This document shows, piece by piece, positions 41,774-51,341 of a stretch of DNA of 57,208 nt. The notes beneath the pieces were generated by a model. That model had not been told where the DNA came from. It saw only the letters and a list, made by a program, of their open reading frames with translations, and did not search any database. The position numbers were made by a program, and so were the translations under genes. The stretch comes from Dehalococcoidia bacterium UBA1332 (GTDB lineage Bacteria > Chloroflexota > Dehalococcoidia > Lucifugimonadales > Lucifugimonadaceae), in assembly GCA_002306745.1 (NCBI GenBank), contig DBSW01000155.1, forward strand, positions 1-57,208. The letters run 5' to 3'. Position 1 is the first letter of the stretch. Each line of letters opens with the position of its first letter.

Positions 41774-43453
41774 CTAACCGTGGGTACCCATCTTTCGGCT
41801 TATAGCAGCTTCTGCAACAGGACTAATCACTTGCTCTATATCAATATTGAGTAGTGCGGGGCCACTATAGTCAAATGCCCGCTGCATCGCTGCTTCTAAG
41901 TCTTCAACCTTCGTTACATGTTCGCCATACGCACCCAAACCCTGAGCCATAATGTCATATCGAGTCGGCAGAAGATCAGTCCATACCGGGCGACCATAAA
42001 GCCCCTTTTGAATCTGCCAATCAATCCCCCATATAGAGTTATTTCCAATAAACATTTTGACTGGAAGATTGTGACGAACCATAGTATCGATCTCCATGCC
42101 ATTAAAGCCTAAGGATCCATCACCATTACCAAGCACCACTGTGCTTTCAGGTAGAGCGACCTGAGCGCCTAACGCATATGGAAGTGCGACACCGATCATA
42201 CCGAAACTCGATACATTGTGAAACCTGAAGGGTTTATTACGCTTGATCGAAGCCCTAAGGAAATGGCAGTAGTCACCACCATCCCAAGTAACATGAGTAT
42301 CATCATCGATGAATTTCTCGAGTGTATTTGCCACAACCATAGGGTGCATAGGATTCTCAAATTTGCCTAACTCGCCAAGACTTTTGTGCCAATCATCATA
42401 AGCAACTCTAAGTCGCTGTAACCACTCAGTACGTTCACTCCACTTACGCTTTACGGCTGCATCCGCCATTTGTGAAATGACCGGCCCCAAGTCTCCAACA
42501 ATGCCAACTTCGGCAGTTCTAGATCGAGCTATCTGTGCAGGAGAAGGATCGACAACTATAAACTTAACGTCACTAGCAAATGGCGGATTACCACCAAATC
42601 CATTCGTGTAATCAAGTCGCTTACCAAGCATGAGCACGACGTCAGCTTCGCTTAAATGTGCCATCGTGCGGTTAAGCGGAATATATCCGAGCCCCATCGA
42701 ATATTCATGAGAATCCGGAATTAGTGCACGCGCAGAATCTTCCGAGAAAAATGGCATACGTATGGTCTCAATTAATCGCTGAACCTCTGAGGGTATAGCC
42801 GTTGCCCCTGCAGAAGAACCAGCAAGTATCACCGGGCGCTGTGCCGAATAAAGTAGCTCTAGGGCACGTTCGATTTGAGAAGAATCACCCTGCACATTAA
42901 GTGAAGTACCGTACTCTTTTGGAGAATACCTAGTTAGCTCATCATCATCAACTTCCGCTCCCTGAAAATCGTGTGGTATCGTCAGGTGTACTGGTCCTTG
43001 GCGGCCACTTAAGGCAGTCCGGAAAGCGAGTGCCACGTACTCAGGGATACGAGCCGGCGAGGGAACGTCCCATGCACCCTTAGTGATAGGCTTAGCAGCA
43101 CCCACCTGATCAAATTCCTGCATTGCACCGCGACCAATGTTTGCAGACTCGGCAGATCCTGCGATATTTATTATTGGCGCCTCAGAATGCATAGCGTTCG
43201 CCAAAGCAGGCAAAGCATTGGCATGACCAGGTGTGGTAGATAGCATTACACCACCCTTACGCAAGATTCTTGAATACGAATCCGCGGCATGAGCAGCGCC
43301 GGATTCGTGTCGGAAATCGATCATACGTAACGGTGCATCCCACATTTGATCCAACATATGCAAAATGTGGTCACCAGCAATGCCGAAAACGGTATCTACG
43401 CCCTCGGCCCTTAGAGCACGAATTAAAAGATCACTTCCAGTTGTCTTAGCCAT
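41774..43453 (-). CDS. ThDP-dependent enzyme (acetolactate synthase/2-hydroxyacyl-CoA lyase superfamily)
   Basis: RHESGAAHAAD, GPVHL.IP.D, GDGSLGF...NN ThDP motif; no adjacent ilvN. Confidence 0.85.
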   Translation of the reverse strand: MAKTTGSDLLIRALRAEGVDTVFGIAGDHILHMLDQMWDAPLRMIDFRHESGAAHAADSYSRILRKGGVMLSTTPGHANALPALANAMHSEAPIINIAGSAESANIGRGAMQEFDQVGAAKPITKGAWDVPSPARIPEYVALAFRTALSGRQGPVHLTIPHDFQGAEVDDDELTRYSPKEYGTSLNVQGDSSQIERALELLYSAQRPVILAGSSAGATAIPSEVQRLIETIRMPFFSEDSARALIPDSHEYSMGLGYIPLNRTMAHLSEADVVLMLGKRLDYTNGFGGNPPFASDVKFIVVDPSPAQIARSRTAEVGIVGDLGPVISQMADAAVKRKWSERTEWLQRLRVAYDDWHKSLGELGKFENPMHPMVVANTLEKFIDDDTHVTWDGGDYCHFLRASIKRNKPFRFHNVSSFGMIGVALPYALGAQVALPESTVVLGNGDGSLGFNGMEIDTMVRHNLPVKMFIGNNSIWGIDWQIQKGLYGRPVWTDLLPTRYDIMAQGLGAYGEHVTKVEDLEAAMQRAFDYSGPALLNIDIEQVISPVAEAAISRKMGTHG

Positions 43454-43635
43454 CAGTTTTAGAAATTATTTCTACTAGTTATCCTGAACCAACCAACAAC
43501 GTTAGGTGGATCTGGATTGATAAAAAAACGTCGAATTGGAAAATTTTGCACTTACAAAGAAGCTTAGCATCAGAATCCTCAGCAAAAACATAATTCAGAG
43601 GTTTTTGTGTCAAGTAACGTAGGAATACATAAGCT

Positions 43636-45063
43636 TTATTCTGGCACGAGCAGGCTCATGAATTCGTCGATAGCGATAGATTCCAATTGTGCCCGATCAC
43701 TAAATAATGAAAGCAACATTTCTACTCGTGCCGGACTGAGTTTTGTTTCTGCGTTAGACCGGAATTTTTCATATAGTAATGGTTTCGCTTCGTCTCTACG
43801 GCGTCTATGACCTATTGGATATTCCACCGTAACTTTTTTGGTCATAGACCCATCAATAAATTTAACTTGCAGAGCGTTAGCGATGGATCGCTTATCAGGA
43901 TCGAGATAGTCTTTACTAAATCGTTTATCGTGAACCACGACCATCTTGTCGCGTAAAAAATCTATTTGCTGGTCAGCCGCCGCATTATCCTCATAATCCT
44001 CGGCAGTGAGGCTTCCCTTTAATAAACCAACCGCCGTCATATATTGAATACAGTGATCGCGATCTGCGGGGTTATTTAATGGACCTGATTTATCGATAAT
44101 TTTTATCGCAGATTCCTGTGTTGTAATAATCACTTCTTGAATTTCATCTAACCGGTCCATAATTTCAGCATGTAACGAGAAAGCTGCTTCTACAGCTGTC
44201 TGAGCATGAAATTCAGCCGGAAAGGAAACCTTAAAAAGTATGTTTTCCATCACATACTTTTCTAGATCACGCTCGAGCGTGATCTGTTCTCCTTTGTACC
44301 AAACATCCTGAAATCCCCAATTCGGAGCTGTTAGAGCAGATGGGTAGCCCATCTCGCCAGCAATAGCGTTCATCCCAAAACGCACCGCTCGTCCTAGTGC
44401 ATCCCCTGCCGCCCACGACTTACGCGAACCAGTGTTTGGAGCGTGCCTATAAGTCCGCAAAGTAGCATCTAGCCAAGCATTTGAAACAGCATTTTCAACC
44501 TCACGTACGGTCCCACCCATCATAGAAGTAACAATCGCCGTCGAAGCAACTTTGACAAGCAGTACGTGATCGATACCCACTCGATTAAATGAATTATTGA
44601 GTGCCAATACGCCCTGAATTTCATAAGCTTTAATTCCGCACTTAATCACATCCAAAACCGTAAATTTTGAGCGCTCTTTAGGTTCCGAATTACGATTCAT
44701 AAAATCTGCTACGGACAAAATAGCACCGTAATTGTCAGATGGATGCCCCCATTCATCCGCAAGCCATGTGTCGTTATAGTCCAACCACCGAATTGCAGCT
44801 CCCATATCGAATGCCGCCTTGACAGGATCAAGTTCAAATCGAGTACCCATAACTCTGGATCCATTAGGAACAACGGTTCCAGCAACTTGGGGTCCAAGCA
44901 GCTTGGTACAGGCAGGATAATCCATTGCCAGAAGTGCGCAACCTATAGAATCCATCAAGGTCAGATTAGCGGTGTCGAGAGCTATATCAGAACTTGGTTT
45001 GTAATTGACTGCGTAGTCGGCGATAACCGATATAACAGTATCGGTAACCGGACCCTTTAACAT
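43636..45063 (-). CDS. prpD: 2-methylcitrate dehydratase
   Basis: RWLDYNDTWLA.EWGHPSDN, RTYRHAPNTGSRKSWAAGDA, FKVSFPAEFHAQTA, RDHCIQY. Confidence 0.95.
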   Translation of the reverse strand: MLKGPVTDTVISVIADYAVNYKPSSDIALDTANLTLMDSIGCALLAMDYPACTKLLGPQVAGTVVPNGSRVMGTRFELDPVKAAFDMGAAIRWLDYNDTWLADEWGHPSDNYGAILSVADFMNRNSEPKERSKFTVLDVIKCGIKAYEIQGVLALNNSFNRVGIDHVLLVKVASTAIVTSMMGGTVREVENAVSNAWLDATLRTYRHAPNTGSRKSWAAGDALGRAVRFGMNAIAGEMGYPSALTAPNWGFQDVWYKGEQITLERDLEKYVMENILFKVSFPAEFHAQTAVEAAFSLHAEIMDRLDEIQEVIITTQESAIKIIDKSGPLNNPADRDHCIQYMTAVGLLKGSLTAEDYEDNAAADQQIDFLRDKMVVVHDKRFSKDYLDPDKRSIANALQVKFIDGSMTKKVTVEYPIGHRRRRDEAKPLLYEKFRSNAETKLSPARVEMLLSLFSDRAQLESIAIDEFMSLLVPE

Positions 45064-46178
45064 TAGACCCGCTCCTCTAAATGTACATAAGGTCGTAATT
45101 TGGGGCCCGTGTAATCAGAAAGAGGTCTAATAAGCTTGTTGTTTGCCCGTTGCTCGATCACATGAGCAATCCAACCTGAGGTGCGAGCGATCACAAAGAC
45201 TGGGGTAAACATGGCAGTAGGAATACCACACATGTGGTATACAGTTGCAGCATAAAAATCCAAATTAGGATGCATGCTTTTCTCTCGCATCATCACTGTC
45301 TCTATTCTCTCAGAAATATCATAATACTTTGTATCAGCAGCAGAATCAGATAAACGCTTAGCAAGATCTTTTACTATAGGAGATCGTGGATCACCGTTCT
45401 TGTAAACACGGTGCCCAAATCCCATAATCAGGCGTCTAGCTTCGAGCATATGCAAAATAGATTTTTCGGCGTCGTGTGCGGAGTCAAATGAAGAAATCAG
45501 CTGCATAGCAGCCTCGTTAGCCCCACCGTGTAGGTTGCCTCTAAGAGCGCCAATAGCCCCAGCAACAGCAGAGTAAGAATCCGATAAAGTCGAAGTAACA
45601 ACCCTGGCTGTAAAAGTTGATGCGTTAAACTCATGTTCAGCATATAAGATTAGAGTTTTATCAAGTGCAGCCTGTTTCAGTGAATCGGATGGTTTCCCCG
45701 ACATCAAGCTCAAAAAGTGACCTGAAACTGTTTCTTCATCTGACTCAGTATCAATTTTCTCGTTTCTCGCGTGATATCTATACCAATACGCTAACATCGA
45801 TCCAAAGCACGCTGTGAGACGATCACCAACTGTTGCCGCAGTCCTACCATTTTTACCTTCCACTTCGATCGTTCCTAAGAGAGATGCCCCTGTTCTCAGA
45901 ACATCCATCGGATGAGTGCTGCTTGGAAGCATCTCTAAAAGTTTTTTTATCTGTTCAGGTAAATGCCTAAGTCCCATCAGTTTCTTTCTATAAGAAACAA
46001 GAAGCGCCTTAGATGGCAACTCACCGTATATCAGAAGGTAGGCAACTTCTTCAAATGTGGATTTCGCAGCTAAATCCTTTATCGAATAACCACGGTAAGT
46101 AAGACCTATATCCTCATGTCCAACGGTAGATATTCCTGAAGAGCCCGCAGTGATCCCGTTTAGCCCAGAAGAAGTCAT
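45063..46178 (-). CDS. prpC: 2-methylcitrate synthase
   Basis: LTYRGY, HPMDVLRT, YAEHEFNASTF, LHGGANE, GFGHRVY, PNLDF; between prpB and prpD. Confidence 0.92.
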   Translation of the reverse strand: MTSSGLNGITAGSSGISTVGHEDIGLTYRGYSIKDLAAKSTFEEVAYLLIYGELPSKALLVSYRKKLMGLRHLPEQIKKLLEMLPSSTHPMDVLRTGASLLGTIEVEGKNGRTAATVGDRLTACFGSMLAYWYRYHARNEKIDTESDEETVSGHFLSLMSGKPSDSLKQAALDKTLILYAEHEFNASTFTARVVTSTLSDSYSAVAGAIGALRGNLHGGANEAAMQLISSFDSAHDAEKSILHMLEARRLIMGFGHRVYKNGDPRSPIVKDLAKRLSDSAADTKYYDISERIETVMMREKSMHPNLDFYAATVYHMCGIPTAMFTPVFVIARTSGWIAHVIEQRANNKLIRPLSDYTGPKLRPYVHLEERV

Positions 46179-46219
46179 TTAAATGGTCCTTTTAAAGAGT
46201 GGAGCCTACCACTCTGTCT

Positions 46220-47104
46220 CTAGTCTTGTGAATCTAATTTGAATAACTCATTTAATTTATTCTCATACTTGTGATAGTCGAGAAATTCGTAGAGTTCAGA
46301 GCGGGTCTGTAGATCATCAATAATTCTCTTCTGAGATCCATCAGACCTAATAACTTTCAATGCTCTCTCAGCAGCTCTGTTCGCCGCACGGAACAAAGTA
46401 AGCGGGTACAGCGCGATATCCACACCAGCGTCACGCAGTTCGTTAACGGTAAAATTTGGAGTCTCTCCAAACTCCGTAAGATTCGCCAGAATAGGTACAT
46501 CAAGTGCATCATGGAATCGTCTGAAGTCTTCGATCGTTTTCACGGCTTCCGCAAAAATCATGTCCGCCCCAGCTTCTACATAGGCATATGACCGATTGAT
46601 TGCTGAATCTACTCCTTCGTTGGCAATAGAATCAGTCCTTGCCATTACAACGAAGTCATCATATTCCTTTGCATCGGATGCAGCTTTAATTCGATCGCAC
46701 ATTTCAGCCTTGGAAACAATTTGTTTGCCGGGTCTATGACCGCATCGTTTTGCTTGAACTTGATCCTCGATGTGGACACCAGCGGCCCCAGAACGAGCCA
46801 TTTCTTTAATTGTCCTAGCAATCATGAAAGCTCCACCCCAGCCTGTATCAACATCTACTAGCAGTGGGAGATCGGAAACAGAAGTAATACGTCGGACATC
46901 TTCGAGCACATTATCAAGTGTAGTCATACCCAGATCGGGTAGTCCATATGAAGAAGTTGCGACGCCAGACCCCGATAAGTACAGTGCCCTAAAGTCAGCG
47001 TCTTTAGCCATAATTGCGTGGTATGGATTTGTAACACCTATGACCTGCAAAGGTGATTCTTCACGAAGCGCGATACGGAATAATGTTCCGGTAAGTATTT
47101 CCAT
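46220..47104 (-). CDS. prpB: methylisocitrate lyase
   Basis: GLPDLG, DVDTGWG, IEDQVQAKRCGHRPGK, ARTD, ANLTEFG.TP. Confidence 0.95.
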   Translation of the reverse strand: MEILTGTLFRIALREESPLQVIGVTNPYHAIMAKDADFRALYLSGSGVATSSYGLPDLGMTTLDNVLEDVRRITSVSDLPLLVDVDTGWGGAFMIARTIKEMARSGAAGVHIEDQVQAKRCGHRPGKQIVSKAEMCDRIKAASDAKEYDDFVVMARTDSIANEGVDSAINRSYAYVEAGADMIFAEAVKTIEDFRRFHDALDVPILANLTEFGETPNFTVNELRDAGVDIALYPLTLFRAANRAAERALKVIRSDGSQKRIIDDLQTRSELYEFLDYHKYENKLNELFKLDSQD

Positions 47105-47157
47105 AATCGCAAGATTATATGTCCGAGTGCATTATTACGAGGAAACGATGCATAGTT

Positions 47158-48000
47158 CTAACCCCAAAAAGCGTCAAAAAATACTAACGGAGAAACCGTC
47201 AGTAGAACAACTCCAACAACAAGTCTCAATTTCCTAGAGTCGACATCGCCTCCGAATCTTGATCCAGCAAACATGCCTATAGCAGCCGGGATACCTACGA
47301 CTGCAACTAATAACCAATCTACGCGTCCGCGTAATAAGTGGCCAGTAAATCCTGAGGTACCTACCAATATAGTCAATGCAAGGTTCGTACCTGCAGCTAA
47401 AGATGGTTTCATTTTCAGAAGGTGTATCAGGGCTGGCATACGAAGAACTCCCAATGCAAGACCAACCGCACCTCCTATCAAGCCAATCGCAAATCCAACT
47501 ATGCTCTCGCGACCAACACTTTTTGGAGTCAACTCGCCTCGCCCTGCGCCTGAATCTTTCTCGGTATCGGCGCTATTATGATCTCGTAGCTCGGTAAATG
47601 AACGTCCTATCAACATCAACGCCGACCACAGCAATAACACCGCTACAACGGTCAACAGGATGGTGCGAGAAACAAGATCGGCGTACAGTCCGCCAATAAA
47701 CGAACCCCCTATCGCAGGCACTCCAATAACAAGTACAACGCGATAAACAATTCGGTTCTGTAATATCGCGGGCCAAGAGCCGGCAAAAGATCCAATCAAA
47801 CTCACGAACAGGTTAGTACTAGCCGCAATTAATGGATCCAATCCAACTGCCGTCATTATCGGCAAGCGAACTACCCCTAGAGCTATCCCAACCATCCCGC
47901 CAATAACCCCAACAATCAGGGACATCACCGCTAATCCAATCAGTTCAATTCCTGATAAAACCGTGCCCGTTGACGCTATAACGGGAAGAGAGTCAACCAT
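47158..48000 (-). CDS. sulfite exporter TauE/SafE family membrane protein
   Basis: Two repeats of G..GG.VG.ALG...P and A.(S/G)TNL; about 8 TM segments. Confidence 0.8.
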   Translation of the reverse strand: MVDSLPVIASTGTVLSGIELIGLAVMSLIVGVIGGMVGIALGVVRLPIMTAVGLDPLIAASTNLFVSLIGSFAGSWPAILQNRIVYRVVLVIGVPAIGGSFIGGLYADLVSRTILLTVVAVLLLWSALMLIGRSFTELRDHNSADTEKDSGAGRGELTPKSVGRESIVGFAIGLIGGAVGLALGVLRMPALIHLLKMKPSLAAGTNLALTILVGTSGFTGHLLRGRVDWLLVAVVGIPAAIGMFAGSRFGGDVDSRKLRLVVGVVLLTVSPLVFFDAFWG

Positions 48001-48172
48001 TAGGCAAACAACCTAAACGCCAAATAGATTGACCTATAAATGAACAACTTGCGACATTGGGACAAAATAGTCACAAGGCTATAATCGGACGCCGACAAAG
48101 ATATTTTTTGTAACAAAATCACGTAGATACGATTTTATCTTCGCCCAGAACTGACGCAACTAATAACACATC

Positions 48173-49075
48173 TTATTTACCGACCAGATCCAAACTTTCC
48201 AATAGACTGTCGATCTCTCGGTAATGTTCGTCATCAGGACGTAAAGCCGGATGACGGGCAAAATCTGAGCCTTTAGAGAAGACTCCACGCCTGACCATAA
48301 TGTATTTGTAAATCCAGTTCGCAAACCCCTGGCCCTGAGCAAGTATGCTGATCAAAGGTGCATATCTTCGAATTTCAGTATTCGCTGCTCCTTCGTCACC
48401 GTTATGAAAAGCATTCCAAACCCTCACAAACATATCGGGCAAGGTCGATCCAGGCATAGTACCCACAGATCCTCGTTTGAATTCCTCGACCGCAAAAGCC
48501 CCACCTGCTCCTCCAAACAACACCAGTCCTGTTCCTTCTGAAAGTTCTTGTGTTTCTCTCATTCGCGGAACGGTTGGGGGAGTTTCAACTTTTATGTAAC
48601 AAAGATTCTCGTGTCGCTTTGCACACGCAACCGCCATCGCTGGCGGAACCTGAGCCGTTCCTTGGTCCTGTAAAAAAATAGGTATAGAAACCGATTCAGC
48701 AATGCGACCAAAATAATCGACGTTCTCAGACCCCGGCATCGGTATAAATGATGTCGGGCGGATCATCAAAGCATCAGCTCCTAAATCTTCCGCTCTTTTT
48801 GAAAGATCAACCGCGTTATCGGTACCTTCAGCACCGGTGTTCATTACTACTTTTACTCGACCATTATTAACATCGACGACAGTTTTTAATATTTGATCTC
48901 GCTCTGCCTCGTTAAATTTATAAATCTCGGTAGCAACCGCAATACCCAGACCATGTACGCCTTTGGAAATCATCCATTCAACTTGATTTTCAAGGTCGGA
49001 AATAACCAAACGTCCTTTTTGATCAATCGGGGCGGAAAGAATAGGGTAGACACCTTTCATCGAACGATCTGGCAT
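48173..49075 (-). CDS. DapA/NAL-family lyase (2-keto-3-deoxy acid dehydratase-like)
   Basis: GVYPIL..P, GADALMI.P, LQD, YIKVET (Schiff-base Lys), GTMPG. ATG 49075 preferred. Confidence 0.8.
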   Translation of the reverse strand: MPDRSMKGVYPILSAPIDQKGRLVISDLENQVEWMISKGVHGLGIAVATEIYKFNEAERDQILKTVVDVNNGRVKVVMNTGAEGTDNAVDLSKRAEDLGADALMIRPTSFIPMPGSENVDYFGRIAESVSIPIFLQDQGTAQVPPAMAVACAKRHENLCYIKVETPPTVPRMRETQELSEGTGLVLFGGAGGAFAVEEFKRGSVGTMPGSTLPDMFVRVWNAFHNGDEGAANTEIRRYAPLISILAQGQGFANWIYKYIMVRRGVFSKGSDFARHPALRPDDEHYREIDSLLESLDLVGK

Positions 49076-49224
49076 ATCCAAATTTCTCCGTAATAACAAA
49101 CTAATTGGTATAGTTACACAAATAACTTTCACAATTGAGCGATGTTCGCGCCGTTCAATCTTGCATGCAACAGTAAGTCAATCACACATACAAATAGAAT
49201 GACGTATTTTTATACAACGATAAA

Positions 49225-50421
49225 TTAAAGAAGATTCTTTACGATAGCCATAAGGACACCAGCCACGGTCGCGGTACCGATAACCCCAGCCACGTTTGGT
49301 CCCATCGCATGCATTAACAAAAAATTATTTGGGTCTTCTTTCTGTCCCATGTCCTGAACGACACGAGCAGCCATTGGAACTGCGGAAACTCCTGCAGCAC
49401 CGATCATTGGGTTGACTTTTTCACCGCTGACTAAGTTCATCAATTTCGCCAAAAGAATTCCAGCGACAGTTGCAGTCATAAAAGCGAACAAACCAAGGAA
49501 GAAGATACCAATTGTCTCAGGTTGTAAAAACACTTCCGCTGGCATAGTCGAACCGACAGCAAGTCCAAGCAGGATAATCACTGCGTTCATAAGAGCGTTT
49601 TCAGAAACATCGGCTAAGCGAGGAACAACTCCAGAAACCTTAATCAAATTTCCAAGCATGAGCATACCAATAAGCGGCGACGCTGAGGGAACCAAGACAC
49701 TTATTATGATCGTAGTGAGCACAGGAAATAAAACTTGGGTTCGCTTAGAAACTGGTTTAGCCGAATACTCCATACGAATCAGGCGTTCCTTTTGAGTAGT
49801 AAGAAGCTTAATTATTGGAGGCTGAATAATTGGTACTAGTGCCATGTAAGAATACGCAGCAACAGCTGTTGCTCCGACGATATCTCTGACTTCTACGTGC
49901 GGAAGTGATTCACCCAGCTCTCTCATTCGAGTAGCTATGAAAATTGTTGTAGGTCCATCAGCTCCTCCGATAATTCCAATAGATGATGCTTCCAACAAGC
50001 CAAATTCGAAGAAATCTGTCATACCCAGCAGCAAAGCACCTAATAATGCAACAAACACACCTGCCTGGGCACCAGCCCCGAGAAGCAAAGTCTTTGGATT
50101 GGACAACATTGGCGTGAAATCAGTAGCTGCCCCAACTCCCAAAAAGATTAGCAATGGAAATATATCGGTTTCCATTCCTACGGTCTGAAAAGTTTTCAAC
50201 AGCCCAGCTGGTTCCCCATGACCGCCTTCACGAATAAGTTCTCCTAGAGGAAGATTTGCAAATAGAATTCCCATAGAGATCGGGACAAGAAGCAGCGGTT
50301 CCTTCTTTTTGGCTACTCCGACGTAAAGTAAAGCCCCGGCGATAACCCACATGATTATCATTCGCGGCTCTTCCCCTAGCGCCACAAAACCTTCCCATAG
50401 CGAACCTAACTCAGTCGACAT
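49225..50421 (-). CDS. oadB: Na+-translocating decarboxylase beta subunit
   Basis: EPLLLVPI, FLGVGA.TDF, IIGGADGPT, AAYSYMALVPIIQPP, MHAMGPNVAGVIG. Confidence 0.95.
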   Translation of the reverse strand: MSTELGSLWEGFVALGEEPRMIIMWVIAGALLYVGVAKKKEPLLLVPISMGILFANLPLGELIREGGHGEPAGLLKTFQTVGMETDIFPLLIFLGVGAATDFTPMLSNPKTLLLGAGAQAGVFVALLGALLLGMTDFFEFGLLEASSIGIIGGADGPTTIFIATRMRELGESLPHVEVRDIVGATAVAAYSYMALVPIIQPPIIKLLTTQKERLIRMEYSAKPVSKRTQVLFPVLTTIIISVLVPSASPLIGMLMLGNLIKVSGVVPRLADVSENALMNAVIILLGLAVGSTMPAEVFLQPETIGIFFLGLFAFMTATVAGILLAKLMNLVSGEKVNPMIGAAGVSAVPMAARVVQDMGQKEDPNNFLLMHAMGPNVAGVIGTATVAGVLMAIVKNLL

Positions 50422-50426
50422 AGACC

Positions 50427-50876
50427 TCAGTCCTGCGTTATCTCGGCCAGTGATTGACCGTGCTGGACTGCATCGCCGGCTGCCACAAGAACCGAAGAAA
50501 CAGTACCATCAACTGGTGCTGCGATAGTGTTTTCCATCTTCATCGACTCAAGCACAACTATTGACTGTCCTTTAGTGACCGCATCACCGACCGAAACTCC
50601 AACGTTCAATATTTTGCCCGGCATTGGAGCCCTAACGACACCATCACTTCCAGCCGTAGGAACGGATGGACGAGAAACCGGTTCTGGTGTCTTCGAAACC
50701 CGTTGTGCGGAGGGTGAAGGTTCTACTGCAGGTCGAGATGAAACAATATGTTCGGGTAGCTCCACCTGGTAAAGGGTTCCATCAACTGAAACTTCTACGG
50801 GTGAAGAAGATAAATCCCCGATTTCAATATCATAATTCTGACCGGCAATTTTGATCTTATATTTTTTAGTAGACAC
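50427..50876 (-). CDS. biotin carboxyl carrier protein
   Basis: APMPGKI, LESMKMEN biotinyl-Lys motif, Pro/Ser linker, N-terminal beta-rich association domain. Confidence 0.92.
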   Translation of the reverse strand: MSTKKYKIKIAGQNYDIEIGDLSSSPVEVSVDGTLYQVELPEHIVSSRPAVEPSPSAQRVSKTPEPVSRPSVPTAGSDGVVRAPMPGKILNVGVSVGDAVTKGQSIVVLESMKMENTIAAPVDGTVSSVLVAAGDAVQHGQSLAEITQD

Positions 50877-51244
50877 TATCTACCAGCCTCCCTAACACCT
50901 AACGGGACTGAACTAAGTTCTCGCATCCTACCAGCCTGTAACCAAGAACCCGTACTCTCGCTCCTGGAAAGCGTAGCCTTATTGATTGCCCTAGGCTGAG
51001 AAAGAGCAAAAGCGAGGGCTACGGCAGCAACCTGTTGTTTCGTAATTCCACGATCATGACTGCTCTTCAAAAGTACAGTTGTGTCCTCTGAAAATGAATC
51101 AGCAGTTATGGTGGAAGCTGGTTCTCGGTCTAGCATTCCAATTGCTTTAATCGCTATGGCAAGAAGAGCCAGTACGACAAAAACCACACCCATGCCGACA
51201 AGGCTGACAGTTAAACCGTCATATAGCAGGTCCTGGTCAAACGT
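50876..51244 (-). CDS. oadG: Na+-decarboxylase small membrane subunit (OadG/MmdD family)
   Basis: GLTVSLVGMGVVFVVLALL TM helix, VAAVALA, SW...GR. Frame is open back to an ACG at 51244 with AAGGAG 7 nt upstream; first ATG is 51193. Confidence 0.8.
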   Translation of the reverse strand, partial: TFDQDLLYDGLTVSLVGMGVVFVVLALLAIAIKAIGMLDREPASTITADSFSEDTTVLLKSSHDRGITKQQVAAVALAFALSQPRAINKATLSRSESTGSWLQAGRMRELSSVPLGVREAGR

Positions 51245-51341
51245 GGTATTACTCCTTCAACTAACAACGCTGATTGCACAGCCGAACTAATGAACTGAAT
51301 CTATCGTCATATATAAGTCGTACGATTCTAACAAAACAACG

